From positions 3,840,001-3,904,000 of the forward strand of contig CAXXKJ010000002.1 of assembly GCA_963675295.2 (NCBI GenBank): a DNA stretch of 64,000 nt, in the 5' to 3' direction. This DNA comes from a bacterium (GTDB lineage: Bacteria; Electryoneota; Electryoneia; Electryoneales; Electryoneaceae). The notes beneath the pieces are model-generated. The model saw only the letters and a list, made by a program, of their open reading frames with translations. It was not told where the DNA came from and ran no database searches. The translations under genes were made by a program, and so were the position numbers. Of the stretch, positions 38,018 to 48,268 are shown piece by piece; position 1 is the stretch's first letter, and each line of letters opens with the position of its first letter.

Positions 38018-39760
38018 ATGAAAACCACTTTGGCATGTGTCCTGCTGTTGTTCGCCTTCACAGTCAGCGCCCAACCACCCGCTATCGACTGGGAACTCAC
38101 GTTCGACTTCGGTGATACCACGAGCACCTTTGATCCGCACGAATCCTTCCTCGGGGTTCGTGGACTGGATGACGGAGGGTACATCCTCTGCGGCTATACG
38201 GACCACGGGTCCGTCGAAGAACGCGGGTTGGTCATGCGGATGAACGTTCAGGGTGAAGTGTTGTGGACTGCTGAGATCGACCGCTCACCAAACCCGATTT
38301 CCTGGGAGCAACGGATCTTCGACATTGTCCCCACCCGGGACGGCGGATTCGCTGCGGTCGGTCACACCGATAATTCGCCAAATCAAGACAATTTCGTGGC
38401 CAAATTCAGCGACACCGGATTTCAGGAATGGATGACAGCTAGCTGGGACGGGTTCGTGAAAATCCGGGAGCGACCGGATGGTGTCCTCGTCGTCGCTGAA
38501 AAAGGGGGCATTGACACCTACCACCAGATTTTTAACTACTCAAGCGAAGGTGACTTGTTGTCCTCTTCCACTGGAATCAGTGGTGGCTTGTACGACCTCG
38601 AAATCGATGCCGATGGCAATTATGTGACCACCGGCCGTGATCGATACAGTTATGATGGTGCTGAATTCCGAATGACCAAACTCACCCCTCCGGGCCAGAT
38701 TGCCTGGGGTATTCCTTGTTTTGATGGTCTGCTGGGAGTGGGACATGACGTCGAGGTTGCCGCCGACGGCAACTATGTCGCGTGTGGGTCCTACGGTTCA
38801 AACACCGGCGGTTGGCATACTGCGCTGGTAAAGGTTTCGCCGGACGGCACCATCTTGTGGCATAGAGGGCAACCGGGCGGTTGGCGTCTCGTTGAGATGG
38901 GTGACCGGGGATTTGTTGTTGCCGGTTTTGAAGCAGATGGCCTCGTGTTGTATCGAACAGGGTCGTTCGGAAATCCGTTGTGGTCAACCATTGTCGATTC
39001 CACAATGAAATTGGAGGCGATGGACGTCTCACGTGACGGGGGTATCATCCTTGCCGGCAGCGCTCTTGATGCTGATGGTTTTTGGGACATGAAGGTCATC
39101 AAGTTCATGCCGGAAGCCAACATCCTGCTTGAACCGGACACTCAGGTTGTCCCGTCGGGTGGCGGAATGATTCAGCTGGATGTGACGATTACACATCGCC
39201 TTCTGCGCGAGACAACCTTGCCCGGCATGCTGCAAGCGGTGCTGCCCAATGGCCACCGAATCGAGATTCAGTCATTTGATCTTGCACTCATACCGGACGA
39301 GGATATCCAGGTCAGCGACTATCCGGTTCAGATTCCAGCGAGCGCACCCTCCGGAATCTACACTCTTGAAGCAACGTTGGGCGATCCGGACACTGAACAT
39401 GCGCTTGGGTTTGCTTCAGTCACGTTTGAAAAGCTGTCAACAGCCGCGGACAATGGCGGTATCCCGGCAGAGGATTCCGAACTGATACTGAAGAGTCGGG
39501 ACAAGCTGCAACTCAACGCCTCACCGAACCCGTTCAACCCGGCGACAACGATCTCGCTGGCGTTGCCCGACGCTGGTGAGGTGATGGTGCGTGTACTGAA
39601 CGTGCTCGGGCAGCAGGTGGCGACGGTTCAGGACGGCGTGTTGCCGGCGGGTTCGCACAGGTTCGTGTTTGACGGGTCGGCGTTGAGCAGCGGCGTGTAT
39701 TTCGTCCAAGTGCAGGCGGGTAGCGAAAGCCTGATCCGCAAGGTGCTGTTGACCCGGTAA
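38018..39760 (+). CDS. secreted beta-propeller + Ig-like protein with T9SS type-A sorting domain
   Basis: Signal peptide, DGG repeats; C-terminus ASPNPFNP...LSSGVYFVQ...RKVLLTR. Confidence 0.9.
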   Translation: MKTTLACVLLLFAFTVSAQPPAIDWELTFDFGDTTSTFDPHESFLGVRGLDDGGYILCGYTDHGSVEERGLVMRMNVQGEVLWTAEIDRSPNPISWEQRIFDIVPTRDGGFAAVGHTDNSPNQDNFVAKFSDTGFQEWMTASWDGFVKIRERPDGVLVVAEKGGIDTYHQIFNYSSEGDLLSSSTGISGGLYDLEIDADGNYVTTGRDRYSYDGAEFRMTKLTPPGQIAWGIPCFDGLLGVGHDVEVAADGNYVACGSYGSNTGGWHTALVKVSPDGTILWHRGQPGGWRLVEMGDRGFVVAGFEADGLVLYRTGSFGNPLWSTIVDSTMKLEAMDVSRDGGIILAGSALDADGFWDMKVIKFMPEANILLEPDTQVVPSGGGMIQLDVTITHRLLRETTLPGMLQAVLPNGHRIEIQSFDLALIPDEDIQVSDYPVQIPASAPSGIYTLEATLGDPDTEHALGFASVTFEKLSTAADNGGIPAEDSELILKSRDKLQLNASPNPFNPATTISLALPDAGEVMVRVLNVLGQQVATVQDGVLPAGSHRFVFDGSALSSGVYFVQVQAGSESLIRKVLLTR

Positions 39761-39783
39761 AGCCGTGTACAAAGCCAGGCGAT

Positions 39784-39826
39784 ATCCCCGTGGATTGCGT
39801 CATGGTCCACGGGGATTCTGTTTTTG
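39784..39826 (+). terminator. intrinsic terminator
   Basis: atccccgtgga...tccacggggat followed by tctgtttttt. Confidence 0.7.
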
Positions 39827-40097
39827 ATTCGGCTGCTGAGAATCATCTGGAACACGCGTGATTTGTAGTCGCGAAGGGTTTCAGGGAGGCCCTCGAATCC
39901 CAGGCAGAGATCTTGCTGATCGTGTCAGGAATGTGTTTCATTTACAGTAGGACGTGTCCCAATACAACTTGTCATCACACTTCGGGCGTTTTGGTTCTTC
40001 CGGGAGCGAGCGGCTTTCCGCGCAATGGGCCAGGCAGATTCAGACGAGTATCAGCGAGTGACCACATCATTCACGCGTGCACTGGAAAGGTCATGAA

Positions 40098-41087
40098 ATG
40101 AGCAACGATGTTGATCTGAAGCCTGTCCCTCTCGAGTCGCTGCAGAAAGCCATCGCGAGCACCCTCGATTGGCCCAGAACTGGTATCAAATGGTCCCGGA
40201 TGCGCACGTCCAGCGTGAACTATGTCTACCGTGCCCGATATGGCAAAGATTCTGTTGTTATCAAGCATTCCGATAATACCGTCATCAAGACCCATTGGGA
40301 CATTCCGCCAAACCATCTGCACAACGAATACACGTTTCTCAAGTTGGGGCAGACATCCGAGGTGCTCGCTCCTCATCTGCCGCAGCCGCTGGCGTTCCTC
40401 GAGGATGAGAACGTGCTCATCATGTCCGACGTCGGCCGGACGCGTTTTCTGATTCACCATGGATTCCCGTGGTTCCGCAGCAAGCGGGAGATCTTCGGGC
40501 AGACCGGGCGTGTGCTGGCTACGATTCACGGATTTGATTACCCTGACACCTTCCGCCGGAACATCGACCTCGAGGAGATCTACAGTCTGGTGACACGGTT
40601 CAAGCTGGAACCGCTGCTGCATGAGGAGTGGGATTATCTTGCGGACTTCCGGCCTGGTGCGGAGCGGGAGTTTGTGCTGCTCGACTTTTCACCGCGTAAC
40701 ATCCTGCACAATCGGATCAGCTTTCACCTGATCGATTTCGACCTGATCACTGTTGGCTATCAACTGTTCGACGTGGCTCATTTTATCAGCTATGTCACGC
40801 AGATCGCGTTCCGTCGTGACGACCGCAAACTGATGGCGGCGTTGAAGTGTTTCCTTACCGGGTATTGCCAGGAACGTGATAATGGACTGGATGCGGATCG
40901 TGTGATCTCGGATGAGAAGTTCCTCAAGTATTTTACGGGGATGTTTTTCCACAAGCTTTCGCACACCCGGCTGAAGCTGAAGGAAGACATCATCCGAGCG
41001 TTTCTGATCGATTTCAGCCAGCGCAGGTTTGATTCGTGGGCCGACTTCAGTAGCCAGTTGTTCGCCCTGCGGAAAAAGCTACGCTGA
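40098..41087 (+). CDS. APH/choline/methylthioribose-kinase-like phosphotransferase
   Basis: SVNYVYR, VVIKH, LLDFSPRNIL, LIDFD, FDVAHF. Confidence 0.7.
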   Translation: MSNDVDLKPVPLESLQKAIASTLDWPRTGIKWSRMRTSSVNYVYRARYGKDSVVIKHSDNTVIKTHWDIPPNHLHNEYTFLKLGQTSEVLAPHLPQPLAFLEDENVLIMSDVGRTRFLIHHGFPWFRSKREIFGQTGRVLATIHGFDYPDTFRRNIDLEEIYSLVTRFKLEPLLHEEWDYLADFRPGAEREFVLLDFSPRNILHNRISFHLIDFDLITVGYQLFDVAHFISYVTQIAFRRDDRKLMAALKCFLTGYCQERDNGLDADRVISDEKFLKYFTGMFFHKLSHTRLKLKEDIIRAFLIDFSQRRFDSWADFSSQLFALRKKLR

Positions 41088-41305
41088 CCGCGCTGGGCGT
41101 ATTGTGCGTCCTGCTGTGAATCCGGCGGCAATCAACCTTCAGCTTAGCATTTCCGGTGCCCTGTACAACCCGTTTTCCGGGTGTCTTCGAGTTTGAACTC
41201 CCGGCTGCAGCGCTTACATTTGTGCCCAATCTTTCAGCGGCGCCTCGGGAACCGTGTATCCGATCCACGGGCTTTTCGATCGCCGCACAACCAGGCAGGG
41301 ATTCC

Positions 41306-42244
41306 ATGAACGTGTTGCTGACCGGCGGCGCCGGTTTCATCGGATCGCACATCGCCGACCATTTGCTGGCGGCGGGGCATGACGTTTTCGTGATCGACAA
41401 CTTGTCCAGCGGACGGCGCTCGAATGTGCCGGATGGCGCGGTTTTCCGCGAGATGGACATCCGTTCGGATGAAGTGGAAGCGCTGTGGGCGGAGCACAAG
41501 TTCGACACGATGGTGCATTTCGCGGCGCAGATCAATGTGCGGTCCAGCGTCGAGGATCCGAAGAACGATTGCGACATCAACCTGATGGGCATCCTGAACC
41601 TGCTGGAAGCGGGCCGTCGCCACGGGTTGAAGCGGGTCGTGTTCGCCGGTTCCGGCGGCGCGGCGTTCAATGATGACGTTCCGTTCCCGACGCCGGAAAC
41701 GGTTCCGGGCGTGCCGATGTCGCAGTATGGTGTCGCCAAGATCACGTCCGAACATTATCTGCGCGTCTACCGTGCGGCGTACGGAATCAACTACACGGTG
41801 ATGCGGATCGGGAACGCGTACGGTCCGCGGCAGAACCCGCACGGCGAGGCGGGCGTGATCGCCATCTTCAGCCAGAAGATGCTGAACGGCGAGACGCCGG
41901 TGATTTACGGCACCGGTTTGCAGACGCGTGACTATGTGTTCTGCGAGGATCTGGCGCGGCTGTGCGTGATCGCGCTGGAGAAGATGAATGATCGCATCTA
42001 CCACGCTGGTACGGGCCGTGAGACAAACGTCGTGCAGCTGTACGAAACGATCCGGGACGCGGTCGGTTGCGAGATCGAAGCGGAATTCCAGCCGGCGAAA
42101 ACGGGTGAGGTGATGCGTTCCTGCCTCGACTCCAGCCGTGCAAAGGAAGAGCTTGGCTGGTCGCCGGAGGTCACTTTGGAAGAGGGGCTGCAGAAGACGG
42201 TTGACTTTTTCCGGCGTCAGATGAAAGACCCGGACGCTCGGTAA
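41306..42244 (+). CDS. NAD-dependent sugar epimerase/dehydratase (GalE-like)
   Basis: TGGAGFIGSH, YGVAK (YxxxK), YGPRQNPHGEAGV, QTRDYV. Confidence 0.93.
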   Translation: MNVLLTGGAGFIGSHIADHLLAAGHDVFVIDNLSSGRRSNVPDGAVFREMDIRSDEVEALWAEHKFDTMVHFAAQINVRSSVEDPKNDCDINLMGILNLLEAGRRHGLKRVVFAGSGGAAFNDDVPFPTPETVPGVPMSQYGVAKITSEHYLRVYRAAYGINYTVMRIGNAYGPRQNPHGEAGVIAIFSQKMLNGETPVIYGTGLQTRDYVFCEDLARLCVIALEKMNDRIYHAGTGRETNVVQLYETIRDAVGCEIEAEFQPAKTGEVMRSCLDSSRAKEELGWSPEVTLEEGLQKTVDFFRRQMKDPDAR

Positions 42245-42512
42245 AAGATTGTCCGTTGTGACCTGTGTCACGCGAACGTATCAAGTTTTTTCAGACAATT
42301 GCCGACGTAACGTACAGGACCTTGAGTTCCACCCGGATGTTTCGATACACGGTTTTTGGCGCGAAATCGTGAAACCGCATGTATAGCTAGTATCTACGGG
42401 CTTTGACCGGTGTGGGCGGACTGCTCGCACCTTGCAACCTTGATCGCGGCTACAGTGGGCCCACCGTTTGTTCGTTCGTAAGTTGTGGGATTCGTTTCTG
42501 GCGTGAACTCCA

Positions 42513-42531
42513 AACTTGATGGCATCAAGTT
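42513..42531. promoter_or_regulatory. palindromic candidate operator
   Basis: aacttgatg-g-catcaagtt, perfect 9-bp inverted repeat about 100 bp upstream of the CapD-like gene. Confidence 0.4.
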
Positions 42532-42627
42532 GCAACCGGAACAGGTGTTCCGGGAACGGATCCATGTGAGCATGGGGGACTGCGGTATGAGTCGCAGCCA
42601 CGGGTCCGCAACGTTCGGATCCGCTGT

Positions 42628-44580
42628 ATGATCATGTACATCCACTACATCACCAGCAAGCGCCATATGAGCGCGGTGGTGAAGTACTCCATCGATACGG
42701 TGGCGATCATCCTCGCGTTTTCCATCGCGGCGTTGATCGTGCCCGCCTCGTTGTGGACCGTTCAGACGGTGTGGTCGTTTGTGCTGTACACCGCTGTCCT
42801 GATCGCCTACCGTCATCTCAGCTTTCTGATCCTGCGGAATCATACGTCGATCTGGCGCTATTCAAGTATCGTCGACCTGTACAAGTTGATGCAGGGCGCG
42901 GCGATGGGGTCGTTGCTGTTTTACATCACCGACCTGTTCACGTTGCCGCATGAAGTTCCGCCGCTGGTGCTGTTCATTGAGCTGCTGTTGTTTCTGTTCT
43001 TCAGCGGCGGTGCACGGGTGTTGATCCGCCGCATCTTCGAGTTGTACATCGAGCATCCGGAGGGAACATCCAGCACGCAGAACGTGCTGATTTACGGCGC
43101 GGGGCGTGCGGGTGAACTGCTGATCCGCAACATCAAGACCTCGAAAAACATCGGGATCAACCTCGTCGGGATCGTGGACGATGACCCGTTCAAGCGAGGG
43201 CGTCGCATCCACAACGTGCCGGTGATCGGCACGGGCACCGACATCAAGCGGCTGGCGGACGAGTACAAGATTCACGAGATCTACTTCGCGGTTGCGTCGT
43301 TGAACGGTGTGCAGACGCGGCGTTTACTGAAGCTGATCGATGATCAGGTCCGGGACGGTGTGAAGGTCAAGATCATGCCGGGCCTGAAGGATCTCGTCGG
43401 TGGCCGGGTGACGGTCAATCAGTTGCGTAACGTCGAGATCAAGGACTTGTTGCGCCGCAGTCCGGTCGAACTGGACAAAACGCCGGTCCTGCGGATGATC
43501 AAGGACCAGAAGATCCTGATCGTTGGCGGTGGCGGCAGCATCGGCAGCGAACTCTGCCGGCAGGTGGCTTCGGCCAACCCGAAAGAGCTGCTGATCATGG
43601 ATTCCAGCGAGTTTTCCGTATACCAGATCACGGAACAATTGCTGCAATCCCACCCGCAGGTGCGTGTGCATCCGATCGTGCTGGACGCCTGCCGTGAGCC
43701 GCAGGTACGCAAGATGTTCGAGTTGCATCGCCCGGATCACGTTTTCCACGCGGCGGCGTACAAGCACGTCCCGTTGATGGAAGCGAACGTGATGTCGGCG
43801 GTGTACAACAACGTCAAGGCGACGATTGTGCTCAGCAAGATCGCGGTTGACTTCGGCGTCAAGCGGTTTGTGCTGATTTCATCGGACAAGGCGGTTCAGC
43901 CGACGAACGTGATGGGCGCGACGAAGCGGATGTGCGAGCTGGTAGTGCTGAACGCGAGCGCGGCGCAGTCGACGAAGTTCATGGCGGTGCGGTTCGGGAA
44001 CGTGCTTGGCAGTTCGGGCAGCGTGATCCCGAAATTCAAGGAGCAAATCGCCAAGGGCGGGCCGGTGACGGTCACCCATCCAGAGATCACACGGTACTTC
44101 ATGCTGATCCCGGAGGCGGTTGAATTGGTGCTTCAGGCTGGCGCGATTGGAGAAAATTCGAGCATCTATGTGCTCGACATGGGCGAGCCGATCCGGATCC
44201 ACGATCTCGCCGAATACATGATCAAGTTGTCCGGCCTGACTCCGGGTGAGGACATTAAGATCGACTACACCGGGCTCCGTCCTGGTGAGAAGATGCACGA
44301 ATCGTTGCATCTGGACGGCGAGGAGTGCAACACCAGCATTCCGGACCTGATGATTCTCCGGTCGGCGCATCTGCCGGACGATTCGTTCCTGCAACGTGTG
44401 GACGAATATGCCGAGCAGTGCATGACGATCGACGAGAAGACCGCTCGGGCGCGATTGAAGGAATTCGTGCCGGAATACAGCGCTCCGGTGCCTGCGATCA
44501 AGCTGACCAGCCAGGTTCGTGTTCCGGTTCCGGACACCAATGGTGGCAGCAACGGCGGGCATCATGCCGGGCTGAATTGA
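42628..44580 (+). CDS. membrane-anchored UDP-GlcNAc 4,6-dehydratase (CapD/PglF/WbpM family)
   Basis: 4 TM, YGAGRAG, GGGGSIGSELCRQ, HAAAYKHVPLME, SSDKAVQPTNVMGATKR, GLRPGEK. Confidence 0.93.
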   Translation: MIMYIHYITSKRHMSAVVKYSIDTVAIILAFSIAALIVPASLWTVQTVWSFVLYTAVLIAYRHLSFLILRNHTSIWRYSSIVDLYKLMQGAAMGSLLFYITDLFTLPHEVPPLVLFIELLLFLFFSGGARVLIRRIFELYIEHPEGTSSTQNVLIYGAGRAGELLIRNIKTSKNIGINLVGIVDDDPFKRGRRIHNVPVIGTGTDIKRLADEYKIHEIYFAVASLNGVQTRRLLKLIDDQVRDGVKVKIMPGLKDLVGGRVTVNQLRNVEIKDLLRRSPVELDKTPVLRMIKDQKILIVGGGGSIGSELCRQVASANPKELLIMDSSEFSVYQITEQLLQSHPQVRVHPIVLDACREPQVRKMFELHRPDHVFHAAAYKHVPLMEANVMSAVYNNVKATIVLSKIAVDFGVKRFVLISSDKAVQPTNVMGATKRMCELVVLNASAAQSTKFMAVRFGNVLGSSGSVIPKFKEQIAKGGPVTVTHPEITRYFMLIPEAVELVLQAGAIGENSSIYVLDMGEPIRIHDLAEYMIKLSGLTPGEDIKIDYTGLRPGEKMHESLHLDGEECNTSIPDLMILRSAHLPDDSFLQRVDEYAEQCMTIDEKTARARLKEFVPEYSAPVPAIKLTSQVRVPVPDTNGGSNGGHHAGLN

Positions 44581-44811
44581 GCGGAGTTTTCAGGCTGATT
44601 TTGACGTCAACAAGAAGTGTGGATCATCGTGCGAACTGCCCGCTGATCCGGAAAATCCGAAGAAGTTCCTAGTGTTTCGGGGTTTGCTGGTGAGGCGCAA
44701 GACCGGGCCTCGGATGCATCTTGCATCTTGATCCTGAGCGCTGAGGGTGTTAACCTTCGGAATCATTCATACATTTGTACCGACACAGTACATGTCTGGA
44801 AGGAAATCGAG

Positions 44812-46299
44812 ATGAAGAGGGGTCTCCGTACGGTGCGCGGTTGGAACGGGCCTTTGGCGGCGCTGATGCTGGTCATGTTCCTGCTGATGCTCACGCTGCC
44901 GGCGGCATGGGCTCAAGGCAGCTCGAAAATGGTGTACCTCCGGGGACAGGTTCGTGACCCCGGCGAGCACCCGATCTCCCAGAACCCGACGCTCTACCAA
45001 CTGCTCATCAACCACTCGGGCTTGACGGATGACAGGTTCCGCGAAGAGGTGTACGAATCTCGCGGGGAAGTTGTCCGCACGACAGAGGGTGACGAAGGGC
45101 CGGAGATCATCTCTTTCAGTGTGATCGACGTGTTGAACCAGGAACCGGGCAGCAACATCCCGTTGCAGCCGCAGGACATGGTTCGCATTTACAAGAAAGA
45201 GGTGACGAAGGCTTTTGAGAACTACGTCTGGATCACCGGGTATGTGAAATACCCCGGCCGGTACGAAATGACGCGCGACATGTCGCTCGCTGACCTGCTG
45301 CTGCGGGCTGGTGGGTTCGCGCCGGAAGCGTACATGCTGGACGCCGAGGTGAGCCGTGTCGAGTTGCACGGGATTCCGGGCGATACGTTGAACCGGACGT
45401 TTGACGTTCAGATGCTGCACACGTACAACGTGGTGCAGAACCCGGAAGACGTGCTTTCGTTGATCTACCAGGGCGCGACTCCGGCATCGAACTTCAAGAT
45501 GCAGGCGTACGACCAGGTTCATGTCCGTCGCAGTCCGGATATCACGTTGCCGAACAACGTCGTGATCGAGGGCCAGGTGCTGTACCCGGGGACGTACACG
45601 CTGGAACGGCGTGACGAAACTCTGAGCGAGATCATTGACCGTGCGGGTGGGTTGACATCCGATGCTTACATGGCCGGTGGGCAGTTGCTGCGTGCCGCGC
45701 CTGATGAAGGGCTCGACCTGACCATCGAGGAATTGCGCAAGGAAGTGAAGAACGCGCGCGAGGAGATGGAAATCCGTGAGCGTGCGGTGCGTACCATGTC
45801 CGGTGGCGGTGTTACCGGCAACACGCAGGCGCAGGGTGGCTTCCCGTTGCTGAACAACAGCCGTCTGGGTGATGCGACCGCCGAGATCCTCGAATCGTAC
45901 GAGTTCGCGATCCGCCGTTACCAGGACGCCAAGGAGAACTACGAAGCGGCGATGGCGTTGAAGCGTGGCATGAAGCGCATCAACGTCGACTTCTACGCCC
46001 TGCTGCAGAAGGGTGACATGAAGCAGGACGTCGTGCTGATGGAAGGCGACAAGATCATCATCCCGAAGGCACCGGGCACAGTCACCGTGCTGGGCCAGGT
46101 GAACAACCCGGGTATCTACGATCACGCCCCCGGCAAGACGATGGAATACTACATCATGATCGCCGGTGGAAAAACCGACATCGCGGGCGATGCGGTGCTG
46201 ACGCAACCGTCCGGCTACAGCTACTCGCTCGACTTCCTCAGCAACCCGAATGTGCAGGAAGGCGCGGTGGTTCGTGTGCTGCGTGATCGGCCGAACTGA
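44812..46299 (+). CDS. SLBB-repeat polysaccharide export protein (Wza/KpsD-like)
   Basis: Signal peptide and repeated GxVxxPGxY...AGG motifs; AAGGA RBS. Confidence 0.85.
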   Translation: MKRGLRTVRGWNGPLAALMLVMFLLMLTLPAAWAQGSSKMVYLRGQVRDPGEHPISQNPTLYQLLINHSGLTDDRFREEVYESRGEVVRTTEGDEGPEIISFSVIDVLNQEPGSNIPLQPQDMVRIYKKEVTKAFENYVWITGYVKYPGRYEMTRDMSLADLLLRAGGFAPEAYMLDAEVSRVELHGIPGDTLNRTFDVQMLHTYNVVQNPEDVLSLIYQGATPASNFKMQAYDQVHVRRSPDITLPNNVVIEGQVLYPGTYTLERRDETLSEIIDRAGGLTSDAYMAGGQLLRAAPDEGLDLTIEELRKEVKNAREEMEIRERAVRTMSGGGVTGNTQAQGGFPLLNNSRLGDATAEILESYEFAIRRYQDAKENYEAAMALKRGMKRINVDFYALLQKGDMKQDVVLMEGDKIIIPKAPGTVTVLGQVNNPGIYDHAPGKTMEYYIMIAGGKTDIAGDAVLTQPSGYSYSLDFLSNPNVQEGAVVRVLRDRPN

Positions 46300-46324
46300 T
46301 CGGCTGACACGTTGTGAGACTTCA

Positions 46325-46351
46325 AAGCCCCGGAAAATTCCGGGGCTTTTT
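46325..46351 (+). terminator. intrinsic (possibly bidirectional) terminator
   Basis: aaagccccggaa-aa-ttccggggcttttt. Confidence 0.8.
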
Positions 46352-46416
46352 CATGGCGTGTGACGGTTCAAGTGCGGACAGCGTTTTTCTTGTTATGCTG
46401 CATTTCAAGTGCGGAC

Positions 46417-46444
46417 AATCCCGACCAGCAAGCTGGTCGGGGCA
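46417..46444 (+). repeat. palindromic repeat family D
   Basis: aatcccgaccagcaagctggtcggggca, identical to 56496..56523. Confidence 0.88.
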
Positions 46445-46580
46445 CACGCGAACAGGGGTCATCCGTCATCCCCGTTCCGCGGCAACGAAGCTTCCGCGGG
46501 CATCGTCCCGGCTCCCTCCGCAGAAGCGGTTTCTGCCTCGCGGGCACCATGTGACGGCCACGATCAACCGTGGCACGTGC

Positions 46581-47630
46581 CTACTCCTCCAACCGCGCCT
46601 TGAGCGTGTCGATGGTCGGGATTGGGGATGGGTCCACCCCCTGCGCCAACGCCAGCCAGTAGCTCAGCCAGTCGCCGATCACGGTCAGCTCCATCATCCG
46701 CGCGAGGGTACTCTGCGTGCGTGGCGTAATGGTCTGCGCGGTCCACCCGGCGGCGCGCGCGAGCTCAGCGGTAAGCGGGATGCGTTTGCGGACATCAGCG
46801 GGTGCGTCCGGATCGTCCAGCAGGATCACGTCGTACCACTGCCCCCACTCCCCGCCTTCGACGTACGGCACCACCTCGTTGTGGTTCATCTCCGGCATCA
46901 CGCCCCATTGCGCCGCACGTTTGGCGTTCTCGTTGATCTGCGCCGCCCAGCGACGTGCGACGGGGACAAGCGTCCCGCTGCCGTAAATCATAGGGTGCTT
47001 CTTCAACGTCTCGGTGAGGAAGCCGTACACCGGGTGGTCGATCCCCTCCGGCGCAACGGACAGCGTGTCGGTCAGTTCGTTGATGACCTGCAGCGTTTCC
47101 TTGTACGCTTCGTCCGTGATCGTAACCCAGCCATGCTGCTGGAACGCACCCAGCGCGGTCGAGAACGCTTCGCCGAGAGCCGCGCGTGGCATGCGGCCAC
47201 CATGCACGGTCCATGTCTCAAAGCCGATCTCCTTCGCCATCGCCGCCAGTTTGCCGCCGGAGGTGAGGGCGTAGAGGGTGCAACCGCGGTCGATTGCTTC
47301 CTGTGCGGTGGCAAGGGTTTCCGCGGTGTTGCCGGAATAGCTGGCGAGGATGACAGCGGTGCCGGAGCCTGCCCATTTCGGCAACGGGCCGCCGCGATGA
47401 ACGGTCAACGGGAACGGCGCGGAGTCGCTGAGCAATCCCGCGAGGAAGTCGCCGCCGATGGCGCTGCCGCCCATGCCGGCCCAGATGACGGCGGATGGAA
47501 CGGGTGCGTCCGGGTAAGCTTTCGCCGCTTCCTGTCCCTGCGCCCAGCCGGTGCGGACCTGATCGGGCCAGGAGAGGATGTCGGCGTGCATATTTCGAGC
47601 ATCCACATCCCGTTTCTCGCTGAACTCCAT
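46581..47630 (-). CDS. bifunctional phosphoglucose/phosphomannose isomerase (PGI/PMI)
   Basis: GMGGSAIGGD, SYSGNTAET, TSGGKL, PRAAL, QINENAK, PEMNHNE, GVDPSP; GGAGG RBS. Confidence 0.92.
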   Translation of the reverse strand: MEFSEKRDVDARNMHADILSWPDQVRTGWAQGQEAAKAYPDAPVPSAVIWAGMGGSAIGGDFLAGLLSDSAPFPLTVHRGGPLPKWAGSGTAVILASYSGNTAETLATAQEAIDRGCTLYALTSGGKLAAMAKEIGFETWTVHGGRMPRAALGEAFSTALGAFQQHGWVTITDEAYKETLQVINELTDTLSVAPEGIDHPVYGFLTETLKKHPMIYGSGTLVPVARRWAAQINENAKRAAQWGVMPEMNHNEVVPYVEGGEWGQWYDVILLDDPDAPADVRKRIPLTAELARAAGWTAQTITPRTQSTLARMMELTVIGDWLSYWLALAQGVDPSPIPTIDTLKARLEE

Positions 47631-48268
47631 CCTTCCTCCGAGATTTGTATGACAATTGTGTGTCTCTTGCACTCATCTTCCGCGCTGCAACGGATTCCTG
47701 GTTTTCATCCAGGCTCGTTCCAGCGGAGTGGTAAGCTACGGAAATCGTGTACGCCAAGGTGCGGCAAACTCAGTCCTCTCACAGTCTCTCAGCGATTCCG
47801 ATTTGATGCCGAGTTGACCGGTCTGTGCCGTATGCGTATGTTTGCAAGCCCTAACTTTGATCGATACGTGAGAATCAGCCTGCGAGAGGGTGGAATTGAA
47901 ACGCTCGTTTAAAACTCGCGATTGAAAGCGTTTCCGGCGGGTTGTAGGTCCGTCAACGAGAAGTAGCGGGTCTGTTGAAAACGGGGTCAGCGAAAAGCAG
48001 CGTCTTGTCCGGTGCTGCCGGATTCGTAACCCGTTGATAATCAAGTGTGAATTCGGAGCCAATGCGAGCTTGATGCGACCTGCGTCACAGTACTCCGACC
48101 TTTTGATTATCACTTTCGCAGCCGTGCATCTTACGGTTGAAACATATTGATTTCAGTCAGTCTGCGGCTTTGGCTGGATGTGGAGAAATGACACATCGAT
48201 CCCGTGCAGATGCGGACAATTTTCGATACTTCCCGGGTGGATGACCCGGTCAGCAAAGGATTGCTTAC

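Noticed and set aside
42520-42534. TGGCATCAAGTTGCA as a sigma54 promoter for the CapD-like gene
   Set aside because: GG-to-GC spacing is 9 nt rather than the required 10; it is better explained as part of a palindrome.
47631-48268. Possible ncRNA or riboswitch in the long divergent region before the PKS
   Set aside because: I could not recognise any family motif or convincing structure by eye; an Infernal/Rfam scan would be needed.
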